From positions 744,001 through 808,000 of the forward strand of contig NW_026515669.1 of assembly GCF_025526975.1 (NCBI RefSeq): a DNA stretch of 64,000 nucleotides, read 5' to 3'. Numbering within the stretch: the first letter of the stretch is position 1; each line of letters opens with the position of its first letter. This document shows positions 50,975 through 64,000 of this stretch, one piece after another. A program made the translations under genes and the position numbers. The notes beneath the pieces were generated by a model, which did no database searches, was not told where the DNA came from, and saw only the letters and a program-made list of their open reading frames with translations. Source of the stretch: Fimicolochytrium jonesii. Taxonomy: Eukaryota.

Positions 50975-51276
50975 GGCGTAAAGTGGATACTGCAGCGATT
51001 CTAGACTGGGGTTTGCGACCTATCGCGACTTGGCCGGAAGGAAGATCAACGCAAGCCATGCAAGTTTCGGACATCCATTTAAGAGCTTTGTAGGACCCGC
51101 GTCCGAACTTGCCCTCCTCGTAAATTCGAACTCACTTCGAAAGGCATCAACAGACTTGGTCTCGAGTCGCACTGACCCCGGAACTTCACCAGTATATAAC
51201 GACCGGCATACCTGAACCGTCCAGCGTCTTTTGATCCTCACGTCTCCCTGCCACCGACGCACGGCCCACCAATTCT

Positions 51277-52559
51277 ATGACAAAGCCCAGGCCTGCACCT
51301 AAAGGGAAGAGCAAACGCAAGACAGAGTCCGAGGAAGAAGAGTACGAGACTTGCGATAGTCTGGACGGCTTTATCGAAGAGGAGTCTGCCTCTGAAGTTG
51401 GCGGGGACGAGTCGGACGGCTCCGAAGAGGGGCACGGCTTGGAGGACGGGGAGCGGAAAGCGACTGTGGACATTTATGCAGAATTTGGAGTCGAAAGGGA
51501 TGCAAGCCAGGTAAGGATGTAAGCTCCAAGGGCTCCAATCGCCGTTCAAACCCCTCACTCGCTTACCTCCAACAGGATGTCATAAAGAAAGCCTATCGCA
51601 GACTGTGCTTGAAATACCACCCGGACAAGCTCAGCCGCTCCTCCGAAGACGAACGCATTGCAGCCACCCAGAAGTTCCAACAGATTGTGTCGTGGTATGA
51701 GGTGTTGTCAGATCCCGCAAAACGCGAGCACTATGACAGAACGGGCGAATACGAGATGGGCGAAGTCTTTGCGGGCAAAGGGGACGCTTCATGGGAGGAG
51801 TATTTCAGGCGATTGTATAGTCAAGTCACAGAGGAAAAGATTTTGGAGTTCGAGAAGACTTACAAAGGTGAGCTCAACATATTGAAGGCTTCGTGCACTC
51901 TCCGAAAGGTCGCTCATGGCGATTGCTCCCACGTTGTAGGATCAGAAGACGAAAGAGCTGATGTCCTCGCAGAGTATGAGAAGCACAAAGGAGACGTGTA
52001 CAAAATTCTCGATTGCGTACCTGTCGCTACGTTCGACGACTTTGACCGATTCCGCGCCATCATTCAATCCGCAATCGATGCTGGGGATGCGAGGTCTTAC
52101 AAAATCTTCACGATCGCCGACCCTAAAAGATACGCAAGGGAAAAGAAGAAAGCAGATGCGGAGGCAAAAGAGGCAGAGGAAGCATTGCGTGAAATCAGAG
52201 CTCGAAAAAGCAAGAAGGGCGGAAGCGCTAAGCATTCTGGCCACTCTGCTGACGCCGACGCCCATGTCAGCGATCCCTTGAAAATGATTGCAGTCAACAG
52301 CAAAAAGCGCATGGACTCGTTGTTGGAAAGCTTGCAGGCAAAGTACGCTCCCTCCAAAGGCAGCAAGAAAAAAGGAGTGAAAGAGGCTCCGTCGGAACTC
52401 TCAGACGCGGACTTTGAAGCCTTCCAGAAAAAGATGTTTGCCAACAAATCCAAAGGGAATGGGAGTGGTGGTTCCCCGGCAGTGGACTCGCCAAAGAAGG
52501 GGAGGAAAGCTCGGGACGACGAGGAGGCACCACAAGGCAAACGGCGAAGGCGCAACTGA
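51277..52559 (+). CDS. DnaJ-domain co-chaperone, DNAJC9-like; 3 exons
   Basis: [86 protein letters not shown]. Confidence 0.88.
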
Positions 52560-52706
52560 AGGCTCATAGACGCATCTCGAAACCCCTATCTACATGATGG
52601 CCCCAAAATGTACATATTTTATTTAGCAATCAAAACAATTCTAATGGCCATGAAGCTATGGTGAAGTAAACAACTTCGTTCAATACGCCAAAAGTGTGCT
52701 ACCTAC

Positions 52707-55369
52707 TCAGCGGATACCCACAGCAACTCCTTGCTGAATGCGATCTGTGATTTGGCTCAGCACCATGCCCATTGTGCCGAGGTGTAACCTTTCAACTTGA
52801 ACGGCCTATCGCACGAAAAGAGTGAGAGAGAATATGACCATCCTGTGTCCACGTGTAAACCCACCTGTTGCTCATCTTCGTCCAAGTCACCTAGTCCTTC
52901 GGTCCTAGCATCCAGGACGTCCAAAAGTGCATTGATCCTCTTTTGCAAAGGTTGGATGAACCGATTTGATGTTGTGATCAGATGATCTCCGTCCCAGACT
53001 CCAGTCTTCGAAGGGAAGACAGACAGGAGTAGTCAGCGCCACATTAGACGAAGACAACGCGCGTGAGGCACACTAACCACATTGGCAGCAGGCGCATCCC
53101 GCAATAGGATGTAAAGATAAAGATTCAGAACATGCATGAGTCCTGCAAAGCGCTCCACAAATGACTCTTCGTTATCGAAGATGGTGTCGGAGCTGTGGTC
53201 AATGGTGTCGGAGGTGGGGATAGTCGTGTACAGCGGTCCAGAGGGATCGAGGAGGACCGAGAGGAACGTCTGTCTAAGCGCTCGGCCAGAGAATACGGAG
53301 ACCTGTTGAAATGTATATTGTGAGCACACGCCGGGCTCGAAAATGCGGCGGAGACACATTGCGAACACCCTTTCAGGCATACCTTTTGCGATCCAGCTCG
53401 ATTCCAAGCCTCATGCACATTGTCCTTCAATACCGAAAGGGCGGCGACCTGTATATTCGCCATCGGCGCATCCACGATCATTTCAATGAGAATCTGAAAC
53501 CGAGCCGTCTCGTTAAAGCACCACATGAAAGATTTGAACAGCGCGAAGCATTTGGGTCGGAGTGCCTGATCGGGGGTGCCGACCATAAAAGTGATGATCG
53601 TCTGAATAAAACGGATCGGCAGTCAGGTGAGTCCTAACGCTGTACCTAGTTCCGCTGGCCGTTGTGTCCGCACCTGAATGAAGATACGCCAACCCCGCAG
53701 CGCTCCATCGTCGTTATCGTCCGCGTAGAATACTGTTTCCCGTGGGACATCCTCCATGGCGATCTCGAATAGGGCCAAGCCACGCACGCCCATGTTTCTG
53801 GTTGGCGAGGCGAAGAAAGATGGTCAGCTGGCGCTGCCACGCAACGTAACGTCCTAGGATGGCGTACATACGCTTGCAGCAGGCTTTCAATGTGGGGTCT
53901 GAAGGCTTTCAGTAAGTCCACTCCTTTGATCCCGAGCTCAGGTGTTCGGCCATCTTGGGTTCCACCCTTCCGCTTTGCAATCAACGCGGCGACCATAATA
54001 GAACAGCCAAGCTGCGATGGAAAGGTACTTTCGAGTATTTCCGGTCCCAAGTCTCTGTCTGCACGAGAGTTGTGGGTGAGGTTCTTGAAATGCAATTGGC
54101 AACGCACTGGTTCCTCACAACGTACCGGGGAAGTACGTCTCACTCTGCAGCACCTCCGCGATGTCGATGTTCAGCGACGGGATGAGCGCCTTCAACGGCA
54201 GGAAAAAATCAATAGCAACCTCAGAACCGTTATCAGTCGAGCATGCACCTACCAGCGCACGATTGATAAGCGCTTCCGAGTCGCTTGTATTGGGAAGTCG
54301 GCCCAGACAGACTGCAAAGAGCTGAAGTAAGAGGCAGATAAGAGCGTGTCGTCGGTGGCGGCCTTCGTCGTCGCCAATGTTCTACGAATATCATGAGATG
54401 CGTGCTGCAAATCAGGCCAGTCGATGTGGGTTGACGAACGTTACTATCTGCGAGCCGGACCAGTCGCTCGACGACCTCCAAATGGCCATTAATGTACTGC
54501 ACTCCCGATTGTTCTCTGCGAAGGTCTGCGGTGAGCACGATCACTTGTGATCAATGTCATCAACAGCTTACAATTCAGATGCTGCCCGGAAAGTGCTGAT
54601 TAGGGTAAGATAGGCGGTCTCCAATTCCATGGCCAGCTTCTTCGACTTTCTTCTCTCGAGCGCTGCAAATGTTCGCTTGTTACGTCTCGACTGGAATCGT
54701 ACTGCAGGTTGGAAATGCTTACCAGTTACCCACAGATCAGAGTAGGCCTTTATTATAGCAGCCATCTTAGCAAACTCTTCACCATCCCTTAACGTCTCCC
54801 ACAGGTATTCTATGCTGAAGAGCGCCAGTTCGCGCGGCGAGGAACTCTCCCCCACCACTTTCAAGATCTGCTGGGCGGTGTTCGAGCAGAGCAATAGGAC
54901 TTCATCAACGTTATCCTCCGGTACGTTCGACACTGTCCAAACTGGTTGATCAACTGCTTCAGATGAGGGCAGGATGAAACATCCTATATCCCGAGCTATT
55001 TCCCATCCGTATTCCTCTGCAAGCCGCTGAAGCACAAATGCACGGTGTGGAAGTGAGAAGACGCCCCTCTAACAGATTCGGAGGCACAAGCCTACCGTTG
55101 GTTGGCCGTCTTTGTCTTTTAGGAGATCTTGCAGTTTGAGGAGCATACACAAATGCACTTTGGCGGAAGTCTCAGACCGCAACAAACTCGATAAAGAGGA
55201 AAGCCATAGGGCATAGTCCTCAGCGGACCCCTCCTCTTCATTGTTGGCGTTCTGGAAAAGGCCATTTGATTTGAACAACGGGCAGTCAAGTGGACCATGG
55301 GTGTGGACAGGAATCTCCAGGGCTCACCAGCCGGGATGCCTGCAACCCGAGTTGCTCGACGGTGTCCAT
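52707..55369 (-). CDS. Glomulin/ALF4/Ybp1-family helical protein; multi-exon
   Basis: EYGWEI, SSPRELALFSIE, MVGTPDQALRPKCFALFKSFMWCFNETARFQILIEMI, ALSVLKDNV, LMHVLNLYLYILLRD..N/TGVWD..RFIQPL. Confidence 0.7.
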
Positions 55370-55586
55370 ATCCAATCCTTGCGCTGTTCAGTTGAACTTC
55401 CTTTGCTCACGCCAAGGGGGGAATCGCCTGAAGCTGTAACTTCAAAATTCAGCAGTTTCTTGACATGCAACCCATGGACGAGCGTGTCACACTGGGAGTC
55501 AAAAGACCTCGGCCGCCATTCGCTCTCCTCCGTTCCCCACCTACCCCACCGACCCCAGATCACAGGCCACATACTCTTGCCCAAAA

Positions 55587-56683
<1,097 letters not shown>

Positions 56684-56964
56684 ATTGATTCCATCTGTTC
56701 TCTGATGCACTGTGTATGCGACATTAAATGATGGACTAGCAGTGAAGGCAGCCTTATTGCTTGCAGCCTTGGGGCCGCCGCTATGCGGAGGAGGGTATAC
56801 CGTGGCGATACTCAGGATAAAAGGTTGGAGACGAAACCTATTTCCGTATTAGGCGAGACCACGAGGGTTATGATTGATTTATCACACACGTAAACTACCT
56901 ATCTGCTACTGCGTATTCTGAATATTGACGGTGAGTTTTTGAACAGTCCCAACATTGAGCATGC

Positions 56965-58790
56965 TCATAATGGTTTCCATGTCCCCGCGGACAACCACCT
57001 CAGCGCTCTTAGCTGGCAGCTCCTTTGAGACGGAGACGGCAGCAACTTGGACCTGGGTGGCTTTCGGAGCGGAGAACCATGCGAGATTCGGTTTCGGCGC
57101 GGGGTCCAGGATGTTTCGGTTTGGCTACTGATGACACAAGGCCTGGCGTTTTCCTTGCGTCCTTCTTGAGTAGGGGCAAGAACACTTTCCACGGCAATGT
57201 GATGCGCACCTTCCATTCGGGCGTATGCAGCAAGACCAGCTGCACTTTGGTGACCCGTTGCCTTCATGATCCTACCCTGCGGAACACTGGCGTCCAAGAG
57301 AATTGTTGCTGCACTCGCTGGCATTGAGTGAGGGACGAGCTTTCGGTTCCGCCACTCATGGATTTGGGCTTGTTCGCAGGTCCTTCGGAGTCACGAGCCC
57401 ATATTGTCTTTGCCCATATTCTGCGCAACTTACCACTTTCCAGTACCGGCAAAGTTTTTCGGAGTGTTGGCGCGGACGAAGAGCTGACAATTGGTCGTTT
57501 TTTGAGGTACATCTGAATCTCCACCGCCGGTCCCTTCCCGTTGACCGTCAGTGGCGTCATATTGACCCTCGCATCTTTCCCAACTTGCCCGCCTTCCACC
57601 CTGATTGTTCTTTTCAATTGGAAGAATACGGCGTTAGATAGACTCGCCATCGGCATAGACCACTCGCTCCAGTGCCATCACTGAATGCGCCTCCCCATCA
57701 AGCTCGATGAAGAAAAGAGTGACATATATCCAAGCCCGGTGACTCAAGCCAGCAGGAGTGTTGAGTCTGTTGACATTGAAGAAGTCCGTAGCCAAGAGAG
57801 CTCGAATCTCCTCATCGTCAAGGACAGAAGCCCGATCCGTCCCCGCTTTGCCTGCCTTCTGCGGCCGACGCATCTTCTGATCCCAGGACTGTCCGCACTC
57901 CCTCAGAGGCATCATCAGTCTGAACGTTGATGATCTTGTTTTTCGCTTCGCCCTTCTCTTTGAAGTGGCGGGTCATGGCATCGAACGCTGTCTCAAGGCT
58001 GCTATCCTTGAAGTCGTCGCCGGTTTGCAACCGCACACGGGCCGGGCCGCTCGCCAACACTTGGGTCACCTAATGGCTTGAGTACAGAGCCGAGCATGGC
58101 CATACTTATGATGAGGGCGAAGTGGAGCTTGAAGTGCACTTCTTGGTTGTCGCTACCAAGAACCAGCAACTGACAGCTTTCTGGACGGTTCAGGTTCTTG
58201 ATGCTGTCCTTGATTTTCTTCCTCTCGGCGTTTGAAAGCTTTGCGAATTTCGCAATGCCCATGGGAATCTTGAGGGTTTGTTTTCGCTTTGCGCTGTCCA
58301 CAGCCTTCAAAACCACTTCTGCAGCCCCCCCCCCCCCCCCCCCCCCCCCGGAACATTGGGACCCTCGATAGGCCTCCTCACCATCCCCGTCGCCTTTGAA
58401 TGCTCTCCAACCTCCCAGTCTCCGCAGCCTCCGCAACCTCTCCAGCTAACTTCGCATGGTTGGAAGTCTGCACGAAGAGCTCCTGGTCCTCCAGCTCCTT
58501 CAGGTAAGCTTCAAACGAGTCTCGACGGCCTCTGTTGGAGCACGCAATTCCTTTGAAGCTTGCAATTGGTCATTTTCCTCGGCTTCTGCCGTCTCTTCCG
58601 CCATTGACTGAGCTAAGTCAGCCTCCTCTGCAGTGAGGGCAGGGAAATGTCGTCCTCGGAATCCATTTGCTGTGGAAACTCTCGAGCTTGCTGTGTTGAG
58701 CTGCGGTGGTTCGGAGATGCTGTTTCCTGGTTGTGCTGATTCTGAGTGTGAGATCGCTCTGAGCCTCGGACCGGCGACTTCATAGTCATA
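56965..58790 (-). mobile_element. Decayed Crypton-like tyrosine-recombinase DNA transposon (DUF3504-type), multiple frameshifts
   Basis: Collinear fragments KFAKLSNAERKKIKDS, VRLQTGDDFKDSSLETAFDAMTRHFKEKG, DQKMRRPQKAGKAG..VLDDEEIRALL..NTPAGLSHRAWIYVTLFF..GEAH, QMYLKKRP, HSMPASAATILLDASVPQGRIMKATGHQSAAGLAAYAR. Confidence 0.8.
58325..58349 (+). repeat. Poly-C tract (25 nt) inside the Crypton remnant
   Basis: Uninterrupted run of C. Confidence 0.95.
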
Positions 58791-58958
58791 GTTGTGGGTG
58801 GGCAGAGGGTGGGAAAATATATGTAGGCCCGACTGAGGCTGACGTGGGACAGAGCAACGCTGTCAGGCGATTTTGGAGCCGAAAGCGCCGAGGTCGGAAT
58901 AGCCTGACGTGCGTGATAAAGGGTGACATAAGGGAGCTGCACAGGTTCCCATTGAGCG

Positions 58959-60366
58959 ATGAAGCACCGATACTTGCCGCACTTGCCGGACGTATCCTGG
59001 CTGGACTTGCGAGAGCTCTTGGGTATTCCACAAGGTATCATCTATTTACAGAGCGAAATGCTGGACGATGGCACTGGGTGGGCCCTCAATGGGGAAACTT
59101 CACTATACTGACGGAACATCGCAGCACGCCGGCGCAGAGAAGAACCCGAACAGGACAGGAAACGCATTGGCTGGGCCCTTGACGTGCCCCAGCCCCTCGT
59201 CAAATGCAAAGAGTGCGGCCGAATTGTGTACCGAGCTGCTTTCCTCGATCATTGGGGTATGTCGCCGAATTAAGGTGGCTCGCACGATGCCGAGGTGCCG
59301 GCAGGTCAGAACGCTTATTGTAGCTGGGATGTCTGTGTAGACGTTTGTAGTGCTCCAGAACCAGTACGCCAGATTGCGGTCGTCATGGACGGAACGAAAC
59401 CAGACGGTTCGCCGGCGCCCTCCGCCCCTGGCACACCGTCTACGAAGAAGAGGAAACTGCCACCGGTTGGAACGCCAGTGGATGGTATGTCATATGCATT
59501 ATACAGCGGCTCTGCAGTGTCACTTTCAGAGATTGGAACTCATACCGGTTTCTCAGACGGATCAGAAGCCGGCGATAGGGAGATACCTGCTAAAACCGCA
59601 AAGGTTGCTGTGCGGGCCACAGCTCAACAGAAAAAGGCTGCTGCCCAAAAGGAGGCTGCCCAAGCAAAGGCAAATGCTGCGAAAGCAAAAGGTATGGATG
59701 AGACACCTGAGACTTCAAGCGTACTGATGTCGAGAAGAGCCTGGGAGATGTGCTTGTTTCCGGAAACGATGAACTCAAATTTCGCGTTTATAGGAGTCCC
59801 CACATTGGATGCCGACATGGATAGGAACTGTGGGGTACAATTGGCGGATGGCACCAGGTGCATGCGTTCGATAACCTGCAAAATCCATACCGTCGGGCAA
59901 AAAAGGGCCGTAACGGGTCGGTCGCAACTGTATGATGTGTTGGTGGCTGAATGGCATCAAGTTCAGAAGGAAGAGAAGAAGAAAGAGAAAGGAAAAGGTG
60001 CTGTTTTGGGGTGGTTAGCCCGTCTTCATCTTGTTCGGGGGCGATGCCATGTCTTTTAAGACTTCTTGTTCACATCTGCCTTCGCCCCTCCTCCCATGTT
60101 TACCAGGCGACCTACGAGTTGGATCAGCAGCAAATTCACCACATACCCTCGCTCGCCCAAGCGGCGCCATCCCCGTTGCAAGCTCCTCGACCGCGCCGCT
60201 CGAACCACAAAGCCTCACCAAAGAACAAGAAGCAGATTACGTCTTCAACGCCATCCGTCTGTACCAGCCTCAGCCCTTAGCGCAGCCGCCTCATCATTCG
60301 CACGTCGAGAGCTTCAAGGCGTGGAAATACCATACGGCGTTGAAAGCGGCATTGGGGCGGCAATGA
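58959..60366 (+). CDS. SGF73: SAGA deubiquitinase-module subunit Sgf73/ataxin-7-like (C2HC zinc finger + SCA7 domain); multi-exon
   Basis: Spliced zinc finger VKCKECGRIVYRAAFLDHW/DVC (about 59199-59256 + 59341 onward) and SCA7 domain DMDRNCGVQLADGTRCMRSITCKIHTVGQKRAVTGRSQLYDVLV. Start approximate. Confidence 0.8.
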
Positions 60367-60798
60367 ACCCCGTTCTGCAACTGACGCCATTGCCATTCTT
60401 CATTTTTGGAATTGATATCCCTTTATTTTCAAGTTTTTGGTACTGTCATCGTATGACTGAGTTAGACATAAGGAGTCGGCGACGTCATACTTACTCCGAT
60501 GTACACATGCATCTTGCATTCCGCCATGCCATTGTGTGGCAGTCATGTAAATGTCTCATGTCTCCTCATAGAGTTTCACTGGTACTCAAAAAGCAGAAGA
60601 GACGCATCACTACAGCAATGTTCCGAAGTTCCTCAATGAGCGTATCATATTGTAGATTATGAGACACGCGAAGGGTGAAACCCCTTGACAGCCCTCCGGA
60701 ATACGGCTGATATACGACGACAATCGTGGCTTCAGTGAATCCACAAGCGGGCGAGATCAATAAACATACAATGACAGCCGCAAGCGACGTGCATCCCG

Positions 60799-62289
60799 TC
60801 AGATGTCGATCCCCTGCCCCTCCAGATACTCCTTCAGCCTCTTCACGACTTCGATGAGATCCTTCTCGTTCAACCCTTGCACCGCCATTTCGACTATGCT
60901 CCCGACCGTGATTCCCTTGTACACCCCCACAAAGCTTCCAAAGTACATATAGCTGAACATCCCCATCAGGAACTGGCAATCCATCCTGTCTGTGATTCCA
61001 CCGTGGCCCGGTATGGAGTCTCCGAAATCCTTGATGTTGAACGCGCGTTTAAATCCAGAGGCAAAGAAGCCTCCGAAGGGGGCAACGACCGAAGCGAAGA
61101 TGGAAAGGGTGAGCGAGTGCAGCTGCATAGGGTACAGCGTGACCGTACGGAAAGGAACGCCGGCGAAGGGAAACAGGAAGCGCAGCAGACCCGAGAGCAT
61201 CGGCGGGAAGCGGTAATCCGTAGACAGGAATACCGGGTTCGGCGTGCAGGATGCACCGGAAAATGAGTTGGTTTTGAAGTCGCGCATAGGACAGTACATG
61301 TACGGGAACTGCGATAGGAAAGCGGAGAAAAACCAACCGAAGATCACAGTCGTGAAAAGAGCGCCGAGGAATCCCTCCCAGGTCTTTTTCGGACTCAGCG
61401 CGATCAGAGGCGTGCGGCCGAAGAAAAATCCGAATACGTAGGCGGCGATGTCGTTCCAGATGACAAGCGCTGCTGGCAGGAGGAACCAGATGAGGCCTTC
61501 GAAGATGTTCTTGATGATGAAGTTGGATTGGCAGACCACAATGAGCAGAACCATGTGGGTCCATCCAAATTGGGAGAACTGGAACTTGTAATGGCCCTTT
61601 TTGAGGTTGATGACGAACATCACCACGCCCAAACAGTATAGGCAGAAACTGATAAAACGATGGTGGGATGCCAGCGGCATGAGGAAGGCGTCAACGAAGA
61701 CGTAAGGCTTGAACCGTTCGATCAGAGTTTCGCCGTACAGAAAGTAGTTGGTCGAGAACAAGAAGTACCAATGTGCGAATCGATTCCATGGTAATCTCTT
61801 CTCCTTGGCAGGCGCGACTCCAATGGAAATGACTTCCTTATACACCAGCGTCTGCAACACCACGACCAGCATGATGACCCAGGCATGGCCAGCGAGTAAC
61901 ACACCGAAAAGCAGGCCAATCATAACAAAGGTCCATGTGGTGCGAACGAGTGCATTGGCCCATTTTTTGTTTTTGTTCTCGTCGACGAGGAGAGTGACGT
62001 TGCTGCTCGCGGCACTGCTGCCCGTGCCATTTCTGTGTTGCGCGTTGCCGTGACTGAGATAGCTGTTACTGCCTTGTGGGGTAGTGAGTTTCCCGGTCGT
62101 TGCGAAGGTGTTTTCTGCCTGGTGACTTGATCGGCGTGATTTGCTTTGTTCGTCGGTGAGAACCTTAGAACCGCGGTGGCGAGTCGACGCAGCGGTGAGG
62201 TACTGGGACGAGTCCTCAGGTAGAAGATCAGGGAGGGATTCTGCATTGCCGGTTTGATGCCCAGCCGCCTTCTTCTTCGTTTTGCCCAT
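60799..62289 (-). CDS. CDS1: Phosphatidate cytidylyltransferase (CDP-DAG synthase), intronless
   Basis: HRFISFCLY, YKFQFSQFGWTH, NDIAAYVFGFFFGRTPLIALSPKKTWEGF, APFGGFFASGFKRAFNIKDFGDSIPGHGGITDRMDCQ. Confidence 0.97.
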   Translation of the reverse strand: MGKTKKKAAGHQTGNAESLPDLLPEDSSQYLTAASTRHRGSKVLTDEQSKSRRSSHQAENTFATTGKLTTPQGSNSYLSHGNAQHRNGTGSSAASSNVTLLVDENKNKKWANALVRTTWTFVMIGLLFGVLLAGHAWVIMLVVVLQTLVYKEVISIGVAPAKEKRLPWNRFAHWYFLFSTNYFLYGETLIERFKPYVFVDAFLMPLASHHRFISFCLYCLGVVMFVINLKKGHYKFQFSQFGWTHMVLLIVVCQSNFIIKNIFEGLIWFLLPAALVIWNDIAAYVFGFFFGRTPLIALSPKKTWEGFLGALFTTVIFGWFFSAFLSQFPYMYCPMRDFKTNSFSGASCTPNPVFLSTDYRFPPMLSGLLRFLFPFAGVPFRTVTLYPMQLHSLTLSIFASVVAPFGGFFASGFKRAFNIKDFGDSIPGHGGITDRMDCQFLMGMFSYMYFGSFVGVYKGITVGSIVEMAVQGLNEKDLIEVVKRLKEYLEGQGIDI

Positions 62290-63587
62290 TTTCGCAGGTG
62301 ATTCGTTGAATGTGAAGTGAAAGCGTGTATGATCTAGCGAAGGAGCTCTCGCAGCAGTGAAATGCCTTGCTATGTGTTAGTAAGGTTTGCGGTCCCACGC
62401 CTGATGGTACGGCGAGCGCAGACGAAAGTGAACTCGGTGGTTGTGGAGAAGGAGGTTCTCTGGGAGGAAACGGAGTGGTCGGTCAGCACTCAATCCTCCT
62501 GGGTCGAACACCATTTCGGGGGGAACTTCCGAGACTGCACTATGTACTTACTTATTTTGGTGGCGAACAATGAGACGGTGAGTCTACCAAAGTCGGCAAG
62601 TGGGTGGATGAACAATGGTGGCGGATGTGGTTGTGGTGATGAAAGTAAGCCACTGGGTGCACATTAGGATGACCCTGAGCCTTGAGGGGAGCTGAAATGC
62701 ATTACGCGGCAGCAGACGCTGGCAGACGGAACCTCGTCATTTTCAGATTAGGGACTTTTCTGCATCCCCTCGGGCCTCCACCTTCGCATGTGAGATGCCC
62801 GGCGCCTGCCACCCGGCCCTGGGGCCGTCCACAAGTGCTCATTCTAGGCGCCGTCCTCAGGTGTTCATGCGTATGTCATAGTCCTATCCTATTAAGTGGG
62901 GTAGTATCCGTACGGCTTTGTGGCCAAATGCTGGCATTTGGGCATTGTGACAGGGCAGAATCCAACATTGCCCGACATAAAAGCATTAGCAGCGGGTGTT
63001 GTTGACGGTTATGAGCATGGTGCATCGCAACCATATCTCGTGGTACATATGTAGCTGCTCGATTCTGGAATATAAGGTCATACTGTTTTCCACTTTGAAA
63101 AGTCGTTTGGAAGGGCTGATGTGCCGCCTACAGCAATTTGGCATATATGCACGAAGGCATCCCGAAGCGCTCGGCGGGCCTCCTGAATGCACAGAAGTGA
63201 TTTGCATGCCGGATGGATGAAAGGTGCATCAAATGGCAGCGTAACATTCAGTAGGCAGAAATGTGGGATCGGATAGTTATCCCTTACCGCCCGCGCATGA
63301 AGCTGCAACAGACTGAGGATGGAAATGAAGAAGTCGACTCAAAGTCAACATATGATTTCAAAGAAGTGTTACAAAGACAAAGAGTATTCACGGACGATAC
63401 AAATGCTCCCAAAGTTACAACTACAGACTGCAATCGAACTAGTATAACAACAAGTATGCAATGGGGAATCCCAACAACGAAACGGAAGATACAAAATGCA
63501 AGAATGTTATCATGAAATATCTGCTGAAGGAACATTTGATGCACCCGAACCAAAGGTTCAAAAAAGTGCGACCTTCCGACTACGGGC

Positions 63588-64000
63588 TCAAGCGATCGGC
63601 GGGACACCAACCGGCGCGGTGTGCGCAGCAGTGCGCTTGCCAATGGGGCGCCAAGCGTAGAAAAGCTCAACGTTGAGTTGGGCCAGGTTGCGTCGCTCGC
63701 GAGCCGACGGCATTGCTGCTCGCCGGCGGGGCTTGGGGGCGGAAGGCGCGGTTTTTTGCTGCTTGGCAGGGCGATCGGGTGATGGTTGGGCCTCAATGTT
63801 GGTGAGGGACCCACGCTTGAGAACGGTGTCGCAGACCGGAGGCTTGGCAGCGAAGACAAAGGATCCGGCATGAGCTCGGGGATCGCAGGCGGCGAAGCCG
63901 AAGACGGGCAGGGCGGGAGGGGCTTTGTTGGCGCCGTCCATGCTGATGGCGCTGTCTCGGCGCATGGTCGCGGCAAGCATCTTCTCAGCGGGAACCGAGT
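63588..64000 (-). CDS. Probable 3' part of a hypothetical protein, possibly starting beyond the window edge
   Basis: GC-rich frame open to the window end (..RRDSAISMDG..KRGSLTNIE..KPRRRAAMP..); no family recognised. Confidence 0.35.
   Translation of the reverse strand, partial: SVPAEKMLAATMRRDSAISMDGANKAPPALPVFGFAACDPRAHAGSFVFAAKPPVCDTVLKRGSLTNIEAQPSPDRPAKQQKTAPSAPKPRRRAAMPSARERRNLAQLNVELFYAWRPIGKRTAAHTAPVGVPPIA

Noticed and set aside
62360..63580. Short ORFs upstream of CDS1
   Set aside because: No homology recognised; consistent with promoter and UTR sequence.

Overview
Gene-dense, intron-rich eukaryotic DNA (short GT-AG introns), most likely from a flagellated (chytrid-type) fungus: the ciliary gene CFAP57/WDR65 sits among fungal housekeeping genes (ILV5, OAT/CAR2, POL5, SGF73, CDS1). 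I can support about 20 protein genes, a frameshifted intron-retaining pseudogene of tubulin cofactor B, and a decayed Crypton-type tyrosine-recombinase transposon. Several genes only become recognisable after manual splicing: a SHANK-like SPN+ankyrin protein, an RNF212/Zip3-like RING protein, and a large repeat-rich protein ending in a Dep1/Sds3-like domain. A roughly 14 kb stretch (12.8-26.5 kb) holds only orphan or strongly diverged genes. Non-coding candidates are a duplicated telomere-like element at about 30.1-30.35 kb and a possibly structured segment at about 49.9-50.2 kb. I found no tRNA, rRNA or CRISPR. All family calls come from motif recognition by eye, not database searches, and exon boundaries are approximate. 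I cannot demonstrate a new multi-gene system; the findings are leads.
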